From Cyanophora paradoxa CCMP329 (taxonomy: Eukaryota; Plantae; Glaucophyta), in NCBI GenBank assembly GCA_004431415.1, contig QPMI01000043.1, positions 62,001 through 126,000 on the forward strand: a DNA stretch of 64,000 nt, read 5' to 3'. Every line of letters starts with the position of its first letter. Position 1 is the stretch's first letter. This document shows positions 50,642 to 64,000 of this stretch, piece by piece. The position numbers were made by a program, and so were the translations under genes. Under the pieces are notes generated by a model that saw only the letters and a program-made list of their open reading frames with translations, had not been told where the DNA came from and searched no databases.

Positions 50642-50918
50642 TACTGTAAACGTAGGAATCTTCGACAGCGTCTTTATTTCGTCTATATATTCGAGTTCGT
50701 CAGACCCGATCGCGAGCTTTGAGCCTTTGACGAATATTTGATATTCTTGAACAGAATTTTTGTATGAAGAAGGGTACAAGCGGCTGACCCGTCTATGACG
50801 AAGTCGCGGGGTTGACGAAAATATGATGCTGGCGAACCATATTTTCGTCACGTACGACTTTCAGGTTTTGTCGAAATTAAGTCTCGACGAGCTTTCCTAC
50901 GTTTACACTGTGACAGTA
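50642..50918. mobile_element. MITE-like element with TIRs (tactgtaaacgtagga...tcctacgtttacactgtgacagta), flanked by TA
   Basis: Clear terminal inverted repeat; same end motifs as 48362-48620; partial second copy at 49766. Confidence 0.6.
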
Positions 50919-51147
50919 GTAGTATCCCGTTATGCCATGATGATTTCCCTAGTAATCCCTACTACTACTAGGCTACCAGGCTACCGTATACGTACGCGTA
51001 GTACCACGGTAGGCCTGCAGGCTGCATGCGCGCAGCTGCGCATATACTACTACGTGACGCATAGAGCTACTAGCTGTACCATAGTACTACGGTACGGTGC
51101 ATAGGCTAGCTGTCGACAGAAACACCTATCGCTATCATCTGCTTGCG

Positions 51148-52959
51148 ATGAAGGACGAGGACGATTTCTGCTGCGGTCCCTCCCCATGCTGCGGCTGCTG
51201 CTTCATCGACAAGCCGTGCACTGGCGCCTGCGGCCCGTTTTGCACGATCAAGCACGGCCAATACTGCAACCCTCTCTCGGTTCTCTGCTGCAACTTCTCG
51301 TACTTTCTGTGCGCCAAGGAGGGCATCTGCGTCTGCTGCAGGCCCTGCCCTGCGTCAAGCGCGCTCTGCTGTCATCTCTGCTGGTACTACGACAAGAACT
51401 TTCCCGCTTACGGGCAAGTCTTTCATGTCTTTCTGTCAGTGTCGCAATGTCGACGTCCGACTGACGCGTACGGCGCGCGGCTGGCAGCACGAAATGGGCA
51501 ATGAAGGCCCGGAAGACGCCGATCGGAAACATCCTTGCCTTGGCGTTCATCAACTACCTCACATGTGGCTGCGGTGTGCGAGCGGCGCTTGTGCACGTGC
51601 TTGCGCGGCCGGGCTCTGACATCGAGATCGATGCCTTTAATTTGTCATCGCAGGACAGTACGTGTACCAGGCACGCATGTACGCGGCGGTGAAGCACCAG
51701 TTGAAGCGGCTCAAGGACGCTGCACCGCCCGAGCTGCAGGCCATGCTGACGGAGCAGAACGTCGCCAAGTACCAGCGCGAGATGATTGAGACTGTGGAGC
51801 GCGCTGTCGAGAATACCAAGGGCAACAGCGCTGACGAGGGGTTCGACATCTTCATCAGCCACGTCCAGTCGACCGGAGGCGACCTCGCCCAGCTCCTGTA
51901 CATGACGGTGCGCGCGGGCCGCGGAGATGTCAATGCCAGATCGATATCGATATCTAGATCTAGATCTAGCTATATATAGAGTCTTCACACCATGGCACGA
52001 TGCATTTGCATATTATTGCATATGGTTCAGACGTGACGGGACTCCGCAATCGCAGATCAAGGGGGCGCGCCCTGACCTCAAGATCTTCCTTGGTGCGCGT
52101 GCATGCAAATGGGTATACTGGGCCGCACGCGCACGCCAGCTCCCGGAGTATCTCGATCGCGAACTCGAGCCCGTGCTGCAGCTGCAGTTGACTTGCAATT
52201 GCTATTTGCGCAGACGTGCGCGACGGCGAGGACGTGCACAACCTCCCCGCCGTGGTGCAGCGCACCAATTGCATTTTGCTGATCCTGACGCCTGGTGAGC
52301 CAATGGCCGATATTGCAATTGCATGCACATTGATTTCGAATTATGTGTTGATTGTCGTGTGCACAGGCGTGCTGAACAGCACGTGGGTTCTCAAAGAGAT
52401 CGTCACGGCGAAGAAGGCGGGGAAGAATTTCGTCCTCGTGCACGACCAGCGCACGTTCAAGGACTTCGTGGTCGACAATCTCGGCCCCGACGTCAAGTTC
52501 GATGCGATGGGCGAGGAGCAAAGCAGCGTCCTCACAACGGTCAAGGATGTCTTCACGACTCTTTCCACGGCGTGGATCCGAGAATTCGTGCGGCAATTTG
52601 AGTATTTATTGCTAGTAATAGTCGAGCTATTCGCTCTGACCAGAACGATGCATGCGCAGGGGCACCTTGACGCCTCGTTCAACGTCATCCTCCAGCGCGT
52701 CGATCGTGCGCTCGGCAGGGGCGACCGCGGCATGAAGAGCGAGTTCATCACTCTCGATGCGGCAATGTCCAACAGCATGGGCAGCAAGAAGATGCAGTCG
52801 TCGACGTCTGCGCCACAGCCGGTGCGTGGTTCTGCATGCGCCTGCGCACACGTATACATTCTTAAGCTTCTTTTGAAATCGGATTCGCCGCATGTGCAGA
52901 TTCAGTGGAATCCGAATGAGTCAAAGACGACCGCTTCTATGGGCGCGCATGCGGCGTGA
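51148..52959 (+). CDS. Cys-rich N-terminal domain + SARM1-like TIR domain protein, copy B (8 exons)
   Basis: MKDEDDFCCGPSPCCGCC... (~20 Cys in the first ~80 aa), hydrophobic ILALAFINYLTCGCG, helical linker, then TIR FDIFISH...STWVLKEIVTAKKAGKNFVLVH; ends MGAHAA*. Confidence 0.87.
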
Positions 52960-53726
52960 TCATGAGAACATCCGATGATCATGATCACGATCACCTTAAA
53001 GCTTGGATATAATCACGATGGATCTACAGCTGGATTCGGAAGGCGTACCGTAACTTTCCAGGCCCAAGGCGCTGCCCTCGACTTTGATTTCGCATTTGTA
53101 GCTAAATATCATAGTATATAGCTCTATAGCAATCTAGATCTGCAGCTGTACATGCTTTAGGCGCCGGCCGCCGGGCTTGTGATTCCATTTCATATCAAAA
53201 TATTGCCGCGCGCGGCCGTCAACGTTGCGATTTATGTAAATATATCGGTACCACGGTGTACTAGTACATAAAAGAAGCAGCTGTCGCGATCGCGCCTGGC
53301 AGAGGTTTTTTTTTTGGGGGGGGGGGGGGGACACGTGGCCATGAATATGGTCTCAAGCGTGCAATATTAATTGCGCATGCCGTAATGCGACCAGCTGCAG
53401 CCGCAGCCGCACTGCGGCGCATGCATATGGCAGTTTGTTTCAAGTTTTTGACCGCATGGCGGCACAACCGAGGGCCGGGTCTGGTACCGTACTAGTGCAT
53501 GCCCAATATTAATTATCCTAAAAAAGTAGATACCGATTGAGATCTAGAGGCTAACCTGATCATGATCATGATTCATATGCATGAGCCGGAACGCACTGTG
53601 GCAGCACTCAACTCGTCTGGCCCTAGTAGCGCTTCTTGCAAGAAATATTGGCACCGAAATTGTGATATCGATGTCCGTGAGCCGGACCCAGAATCTCTCA
53701 GTGCGGACCTACAGCTGCAGCTACAG

Positions 53727-57293
<3,567 letters not shown>

Positions 57294-57774
57294 GTGCAGG
57301 GGCCAGAGACAGCCGAACGAAGTGCTCGTGTACCCCCGCACACAGCATTGAAAGCTGGATTGCCTTAGCTTGCGTTCGCGACGTGGCGGGCCCGCGCCAA
57401 CCCGAAAACGGACATCATAGAAGTGTTTGGCAGCATCTGCAGCACGAACGAGCACTGCGCAAGCTTCGGTGCGCGCGGGCTCCGAGCCTCCGCGCACCGT
57501 CCCGTACAGTCTCTTCAACCGGCCAAGGCTAGATTCAGTCGCATCGTCCCACCGTGGCACGTCGCATTCCCAGGCCCATCGTTATCCGCACACAGTGGAC
57601 ACCCTAATCTTTCGGGAGCGGACACAGCGACGCGCCGCAGCAGCAGCAGTCGCCTTTTGCGCTTAGGACGTCGAAGCGTTGATGCATAAGTCCCCCGGCA
57701 ACGATAGCGCAGTCTGAGCACAGCTGCAGCAGTCTGCTCCACGCCTCCCCCTCACCCCCCTTGCCTCTGGAGTG

Positions 57775-60700
57775 ATGGAGGGCGTCATCGACGCGGCGCC
57801 TCCGTTCGTTCTCGTGTCGTGCGCACGCCAGGTGCAATCGTGCAGGCGCCGAGTGCCGCATCGTCCCGTCGCTGAGCTCGAGCGGGCCGCGCGCAGGGCG
57901 ATGGGATCGCGCCGGCCGAGCCGAGCCCCGAGCCCGGGGTCGACTACGAGCTCGTCTCCGGCCGGTGCGACGACCGCCCGAGCCGCCCGCGCCCGACATT
58001 GAGCGCCGGCGCTCACCGCAGGGAGTACCGCGTGCTGGCAACCGGCGCGGGGGCCCTGTGGGTCGGCCGCCGCGTCTGCCTGCGGCTCCTTTACAACGGT
58101 GCGCTCCAGCTCCGGTCCGCGCCCCCCGCGCCTGCCCGGCCGACGGGCGCCGGGGCCGCCAGACACGGGGGCGCGCGTCCTGCCGGAGCCCTTCGTGCCG
58201 TTCGCGGGCGGCAAGAAGTGCGGGGCGGCGGGGGCGGAGGCGCTCCTCGAGCTCGGCCCCGGCGGCCTCAGCGAGACCGGCTTCGGCATCGGCGCGCGCC
58301 CCGCCGCCCGCCGCCGCCGCCGCCTCACGCGCCGCAGCGACGAGCATCGCGAGCTACGAGCACCGGCGCCGCTGCCCCGGCAGTACCGGTACGCTGCTCT
58401 TCCCCACAAGAACGCCGCGGCCGGGGCGCCGGTCGAGGGGCGCGGGCAGGCTGGAGGTGGACGCGCTGGACGGGGCGCCCCCCGCCGCCCTCCTGCTCCG
58501 CATCGTCACCCCGACCGCCGCCCGCCGCCGCGCCGCCCCTCGCCCCCGCGCACCCCGCCGCCTCCGCCTCGCCCTCCCGAGGGAGCGCGCGGCACCGGCG
58601 CGGCGGCCGGCGCCCAAGCGGCCGGCGGAGGAGGGGCGGGGGCGGGGGCGGGGCGGGGCGCGGGGCGGGGCGGCGGGGGCGGTCGCGCCGGCCTCGTCGG
58701 GGTCGGACACGGAGGGTCGGGCGGGGCGGGAGCCCGGGGCAGGGGCCGCTGGCGCCGTGGGCGAGCGGCGGCAGCTGCTCGGTGAGCGAGGCGGGGGCGG
58801 AGGCGGCCGGCGTGGGCGAGCTCGCCGACGCCTTCTGCCGCCTCGTGCGCCCCGCCCCGAGCCCGCCCGCCCGCCGCCCGCCCGAGCCCCAGCCCCCCCC
58901 CCCCCCCCCCCCCCCAGGTGACGTTCGAGGAGGAGCCGGAGGAGCCGTCCGACTCGGAGGCCGAGCCCTGCCCCCGCCGCCTCCGCCCTCCACCCGGCCC
59001 CGGCCCCCGCCCCCGTCACCTCCGACATCTTCCCCCGCTCCTCGTGCCCCGCCCGCCCCGCCCGCCCCGCCCGCCCCGCCTCACACTTTGCAGCCCGACG
59101 CCGCCCCGCCGCCCCGCCCCTCCTCGCGCCAGCGCCCGCCTCGTGCGACACCCACTCCCACCGCCCCCTGTCCTTGGCGCCGCCTCACGCGGCTCGGCGC
59201 GGGCGGCGCAGCGGGAGCCGTTCCGGCACCCGGACGAGGCCTCGCGGGCGGCGGCGCTGATGCTCCTCGACGCGGCGCACGCCGCCGTGCGCGCGGCGGC
59301 GGCGGCGGCCGGGGTGCGGCACCCGGTGGCGGGCGACGCGGCCCGGCCCCGCGAGTCGTCCGCGCCTGCGAGGACCTCGCCGACGTCCGCCCGCCGCCGC
59401 CGCCCCCGCCGCCGCCCCTCGGGTCGCCCACGGGCCCCGGGGGCGCGCAGGCGCTTGCCTCGCCCGAGCTCTTCGACACGGCCCTCTTCCGCACCGCGAG
59501 GGCCGCTTCCGCGCCCGCGCCGCCCTCGAGGACCTCCGGTGCGCCCCCGCGCAGCCCGCCCTCGGCCCCGCGCCCTGGGCCGTGGGCGAGGGGGCGGGCA
59601 GGCTCTCGGGGGGCGCGGGGGGCGTGGAGCGGGTGCTGGGGGCGTGGTGGGAGGCCCTCTCCTTCGGGCCCCCCGCCTCCTGGGCGGCCCGCGAGGACGC
59701 CCTCCTCCGCGCCGAGCACGTCTGGAACGCCCTCGACGTCGTCGCCGGGCCCGCACGCTCCTTCCGGTGCCCCGCCGCCCTCGCCCCCTCCCCGCCCCCG
59801 CTCGCCCCGCCGCCCACCGCCGGGGCCCGTGCAGGGCGTGGGACCTCGTGCCGTGCGACCGCTTCGTGGTCTTCTCGCTGCTCGACCGCGTCGACCTCTT
59901 CCTCGCCCCGCACGCCCCCGCCGACCCCGCCCTCCGCGCCCGGGCCGCGCTGCGCCGGGCGCGGGCGCTGGACGAGTGGGAGGACGTGGGGCAGAGCCTC
60001 GAGCTGTACTTTGAGGCGTGGTCGGCGCTCATCCGGGGCGGCCTGAGCCCGTCGCCCCTCGAGGCCGAGCTCCTCGCCCAGCTCGTCGAGGCCCTGCTCC
60101 GCGACCCCGCCAAGTGGGACCTCGGCGCGCCCCTCCCCTCCCCCCTCCCCTCCCCTCCCGCCGCTGCGCTCACGGGGCGCGCAGCGGGCCACTTCTGCGG
60201 GCGGCTCTACTGGTTCACGGGGGGCGCCGAGGAGCAGCGGGGCGAGGCGGAGGCGCTCCTGGCGCTGGCGCTCGAGGCGAGCCTGCGGGGCCGCTCGCGG
60301 GCGGCGCGGCGGCTGGCGGGGCGGGCGGCGGCGCTGCTGGAGCCGCTCTCGGCGGGCCACCGGCCGCTGGCGGAGACGGCGTACCGGCTGGCGGGGCTGG
60401 CGAGCTACCACCTGCGCGACCTCCCCGCCGTCTTCCGCTACGCGCGCCTCAGCCTGGGGCGCCTCTGCGAGCTCCACGGCTACTCCTACCAGGAGTTCGA
60501 CATCTGGGCCTACTCCATGCGCACCGTCGTCCGCCTCCCGCCCCGCGGCGCCCCGCTCGCGCGCCCGACGCGCCGGGGGCCGGCAGATCGCGATCACGAG
60601 CTCGCAGCACCGGCCGGGGCAGATGCAGCGCGCGTACACCATGGACGACTTCATGGGCACCCAGCAGGTCCCGCCCCAGCCCGCCCCGGCCCGCCGCCCG

Positions 60701-61201
60701 GCGCCGCCCCCGGCGGCGGCTGACATGGAGCGCCGGCAGTGGGTGCTGCGCGTGATGGGCGCCGTGGGCCTCTGCCCGCAGCCGCAGCGCTCCTTCGTCG
60801 TGGCCCACCAGCTCTTCCAGCTCGGCGCGGGGTACGCCTTCGCCGGCGAGCCCCGCCGCGCCCTCGACTGCCTCGCCCGCGCCAAGGCCCACTGTCCGCC
60901 CCCGCCCGCCCGCCCCGCCCGCCCGCCCCGCCCCGCCCCGGGCCGGGCCGGCGAACTCTGTCTCGCAGACGACGCGTACCCGGCCTACTTCCCGACGCAG
61001 CTGGCGCGGTGCAGCGGCTGCACGGCCTCGTCGCCGCCTGCCGCGCCCAGCTCGCCGCGCAGGCCCGCCGGGGCCCGTCCTCGCGCCGCCCGCGCAGGCG
61101 GCCGGGGCGCCCCTCTCGGCGGGCGGGCGGGAGGCGGGGCGGGCAAGGGCGGGGCGGCGCCGCGGGAGGCCTGGTCCCTGCCCCGCGCCCTCGTCCTCTA
61201 G
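57775..61201 (+). CDS. Hypothetical multi-exon protein with helical (TPR-like) C-terminal region
   Basis: Coding-like exons with consistent splice sites, e.g. WEDVGQSLELYFEAWSALIR, AYRLAGLASYHLRDLPAVFRYARLSL, HQLFQLGAGYAFAGEPRRALDCLARAK. Several frame breaks occur in GC runs. Confidence 0.5.
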
Positions 61202-61659
61202 GCGCCCTCCCGGGGAGGCCCATGCCCGCCGCGCACCCCCGCATCCTTTCCCAGTCATAGATTTCTCCCAGTCCCTCCCTCTCCTTCCCCGGCTCATTCT
61301 CATTCTCTATTGCTCTATTGTATTGCCCATGGCCATTCATATTCTTTATTGCAAGATTTAGTGATCTCTTGCACTTGCAATATTTAGTGTTCTGTATTTG
61401 CTCTATTCGCTTTATTCTTTCAATAAAGTAACAGCAAGGTCCTGTCCTGTGATCGCGGGGGGGGGGGGGGGGGGGGGAGGGGGGGGAGGGGGGGGGACGG
61501 GCCGGGGGAGCTCGAGGGCCGCGGATCCGGAGAGCTGGGACCGGCCGCGGCCCTCGAGCTCCCCGGCCCGTCCCCACCCCCCCCCCTCCCCCCCCCCCCC
61601 CCTCCTCCTCCGCCCTACCCCATCTACTAACGCGGCTACTGTACGCGGCGCGGCAGAGG

Positions 61660-62719
61660 CAGATCGTCGGGTTCCTCGAGGAGTTCAAGCAGGCCCGCCC
61701 CGCCCCGCCCCGCCCCCGTCGCCCGCCCCGCCCCGGCTCATCCGCCGGCGGGGGCAGCTCGGGGCGGACGCGATGGGGGGCGAGGGGGCGGAGGCCTCCG
61801 GGGGCACGGGGGCACTGCTGCGGGAGGTCCGCGAGCTGCTGCAGACGGCCCCGCCGGGGCTCGACGAGGCCGCCGCCCTCTCCAAGGCGCCCCGCCCGCC
61901 CCGCCCCGCCCCGCCGGCACTGCCGCCTCCTCCGAGCCGGCGCGGCAGATCGTCGGGTTCCTCGAGGAGGACGCCGGCGCCGCCTTCGACCGCGCGCGCC
62001 CTGCATCGCCGCCCCTCGCGCTGACGGCCACCCTGCTCGGGCAGATCATCCGCCTGCGGGACAAGATCGGCGCCATCTCCAACGCCGTCAAGCGTGCCCT
62101 GCCGCCCTCGCCGGGGGCGGCGGCGCCTGACGGCGGGCGGGCGGCAGGAGCGTGTTCGGGAAGGAGGTGCCGAAGGGCGAGGGCGCCATGGCCCGCCTCG
62201 AGCGCTTCCAGGCCCGCATGCAGCGCCTCCAGGCCCGCACCGCCCCGCCCCACCCGCCCCGCGCCCTCCCGCGCCCCTCTGAGGTCCCTCCGGTCGGGCA
62301 GAACCTCTTCCGGGACGGGTCGCAGTGCGAGTTCGTGGTCGTGTCGATCCCGACGGTCCTCGCCGCCTCCGAGTCCGAGCGCCTCGTCGCCGCCCTCCGC
62401 CGCGAGGGCTTCGCCCTCCGCACCGCCGTCGTCAACCAGGCGCGCCCCGCCATCCAGGCCCCCGCGCCCGTCAGGCTGACTTGGTCGGCGGCGGCAGGTG
62501 GTGCCTGCGGAGGAGCTCGAGGCGGGCGGAGCCGGGGCGGCGGCGGGGTTCGCGCAGCGCGTGGCGCGGCAGCACGCGCGGACGCTGGAGCACCTGCGGA
62601 CGGACCCGGCGCTGGCGGGCCTGCAGGTGATCGCCGTCCCCTACTTTGACGCCGAGGTCCGCGGCGTCTACGGCCTCCGCTCCCTCGCCGCCGCCCTCCT
62701 GCCCCCGCCCGCCCCGTAG
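61660..62719 (+). pseudogene. Inverted, internally deleted duplicate of the last part of the ArsA/GET3 gene (53727-55021)
   Basis: Near-identical to the reverse complement of 53727-55021, introns included. Lacks the P-loop and the VVFDTAPTGH exon (join at ~61992). Confidence 0.85.
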
Positions 62720-63138
62720 CTCTAGCATATGTACAGTGCCCGCAGGCCGACTGCAGTGCTAGCCGCCGACCACTAGGCTCTAGCCCCAGCTTCAATACCA
62801 AGCGCTCGGATGCGGAATCTTATTCTGTTTCCACAAAGTGTTGTCTACAAAGTTCTAGATCTAGAAGAGAGCTCAAGGGCTGCTTGTTGCACAATATAGA
62901 TGATTCTGCACGTGCACGTGCACGTTGACAAAATGCAATTGTGGGACAGTATCACTGGGAGCCAGAAATTAAGTGAACTCGCCAGGGTGACTTTCGGGCT
63001 GCAGCGGTTACATTCTGCTGATTTCCCATATCCATGCATGCAGTTCTGTTTTTCCATGCATGCTGATATTACATGCATTTCACATCTTCCTTTCTAGCCT
63101 AGTAGTAGCTACTGCAAAGCTAGCTATAGCTACTGCCG

Positions 63139-64000
63139 CCTACGGGCCTAGCTATATATAGCGCTAGCCGGCAGCCCCGCTGCGCCTGCTTGCTCACCTT
63201 CGAGCAGCAAGGCCGCCGGCAGACCCCACTGCTTGCTCACCTTCAAGCAGCAGGGCCGGCCAAATAGCGCGCACGCTATCGAAAAGGAAGGGTGCACGGA
63301 CCTCTTCGATTCTTGATGAAAATGCTCTTGACAGCTCTGCGGGAGACAACACAGGCAGCGATCAGCTGCAGAACGACGAGAAAAAGGATAGAAAAGCGCA
63401 ATCAAACGCCTACGGGCCTAGCCGGCAGCCCCGCCTGCTCGCTCACCTTCGAGCAGCAAGGCCGCCGGCAGACCCCACTGCTTGCTCACCTTCAAGCAGC
63501 AGGGCCGGCCAAATAGCGCGCGCGCTATCGAAAAGGAAGGGTGCACGGACCTCTTCGATTCTTGATGAAAATGCTCTTGACAGCTCTGCGGGAGACAACA
63601 CAGGCAGCGATCAGCTGCAGAACGACGAGAAAAAGGATAGAAAAGCGCAATCAAACGCCTACGGGCCTAGCCGGCAGCCCCGCCTGCTCGCTCACCTTCG
63701 AGCAGCAAGGCCGCCGGCAGACCCCACTGCTTGCTCACCTTCAAGCAGCAGGGCCGGCCAAATAGCGCGCGCGCTATCGAAAAGGAAGGGTGCATGTGCA
63801 CGGACCTCTAGATCTTAGACTTCGATTCTCGATGAAAATGCTCTTGCTCTGCGGGAGACAACACAGGCAGCGGTCAGCTGCAGATTTAGGCGCAAGCAAA
63901 CACCTACGGGCCCAGCCGGCAGCCCCGCCTGCTCGCTCACCTTCGAGCATGATGAGCAGCAAGGCCGCGCGCCGGCATGCATATGCGCAGACCTCGGACA
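63139..64000. repeat. ~249-bp tandem repeat (about 3.4 units to the window edge; middle units near-identical, outer units carry insertions)
   Basis: cctacgggcc(t/c)agccggcagccccgc recurs at ~63139, 63409, 63658 and 63903; identical shadow ORFs at 63292 and 63541 (offset 249). Confidence 0.92.

Noticed and set aside
46399-52959. Inverted TIR genes as the terminal inverted repeats of a large transposon
   Set aside because: The repeats are intact spliced genes, homology ends at the stop codon, and no transposase or target-site duplication is visible.
63139-64000. Possible CRISPR array, or repeated small CDSs (74-aa ORFs)
   Set aside because: Whole 249-bp units repeat with no unique spacers, there are no cas genes, and the context is eukaryotic. 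The ORFs are by-products of the repeat.

Overview
This is eukaryotic nuclear DNA, very GC-rich, with many short (~45-90 nt) spliceosomal introns. Most long ORFs in the six-frame track are therefore shadow frames, and the genes below were rebuilt by splicing by eye. Three plastid-type proteins (PsbQ-like, MsrB, double-domain ArsA/GET3) begin Met-Phe, and a GHL10+LysM peptidoglycan-hydrolase-like gene is present. Together these suggest a glaucophyte (Cyanophora-like) alga; this is an inference. About 20 intron-containing genes sit in GC-rich blocks, often tightly head-to-head: P450, GHL10-2xLysM, two F-box proteins, a giant M14 carboxypeptidase, TCD1/TcdA, PsbQ-like, CWC22, bZIP, DNL-zf, a CFA/CNMT-type methyltransferase, MsrB, JMJD5 and ArsA. 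Lower-GC islands saturated with short palindromes separate the blocks. Highlights: (1) a head-to-head pair of Cys-rich-N-terminus + SARM1-like TIR genes whose TIR halves are near-identical, introns included, while their N-terminal heads have diverged, a candidate paired immune/NADase system; (2) comparisons of duplicated sequences show that the indels are short inverted (fold-back) insertions, a template-switch-like signature that would explain the palindrome-rich intergenic DNA; (3) a very high frequency of GC-AG introns with a GY(G/C)CGC-type donor; (4) three inverted duplications within ~27 kb; (5) MITE-like and fold-back elements, and a 249-bp tandem repeat. Exon borders are manual calls, and several apparent frameshifts in GC homopolymer runs are probably assembly errors.
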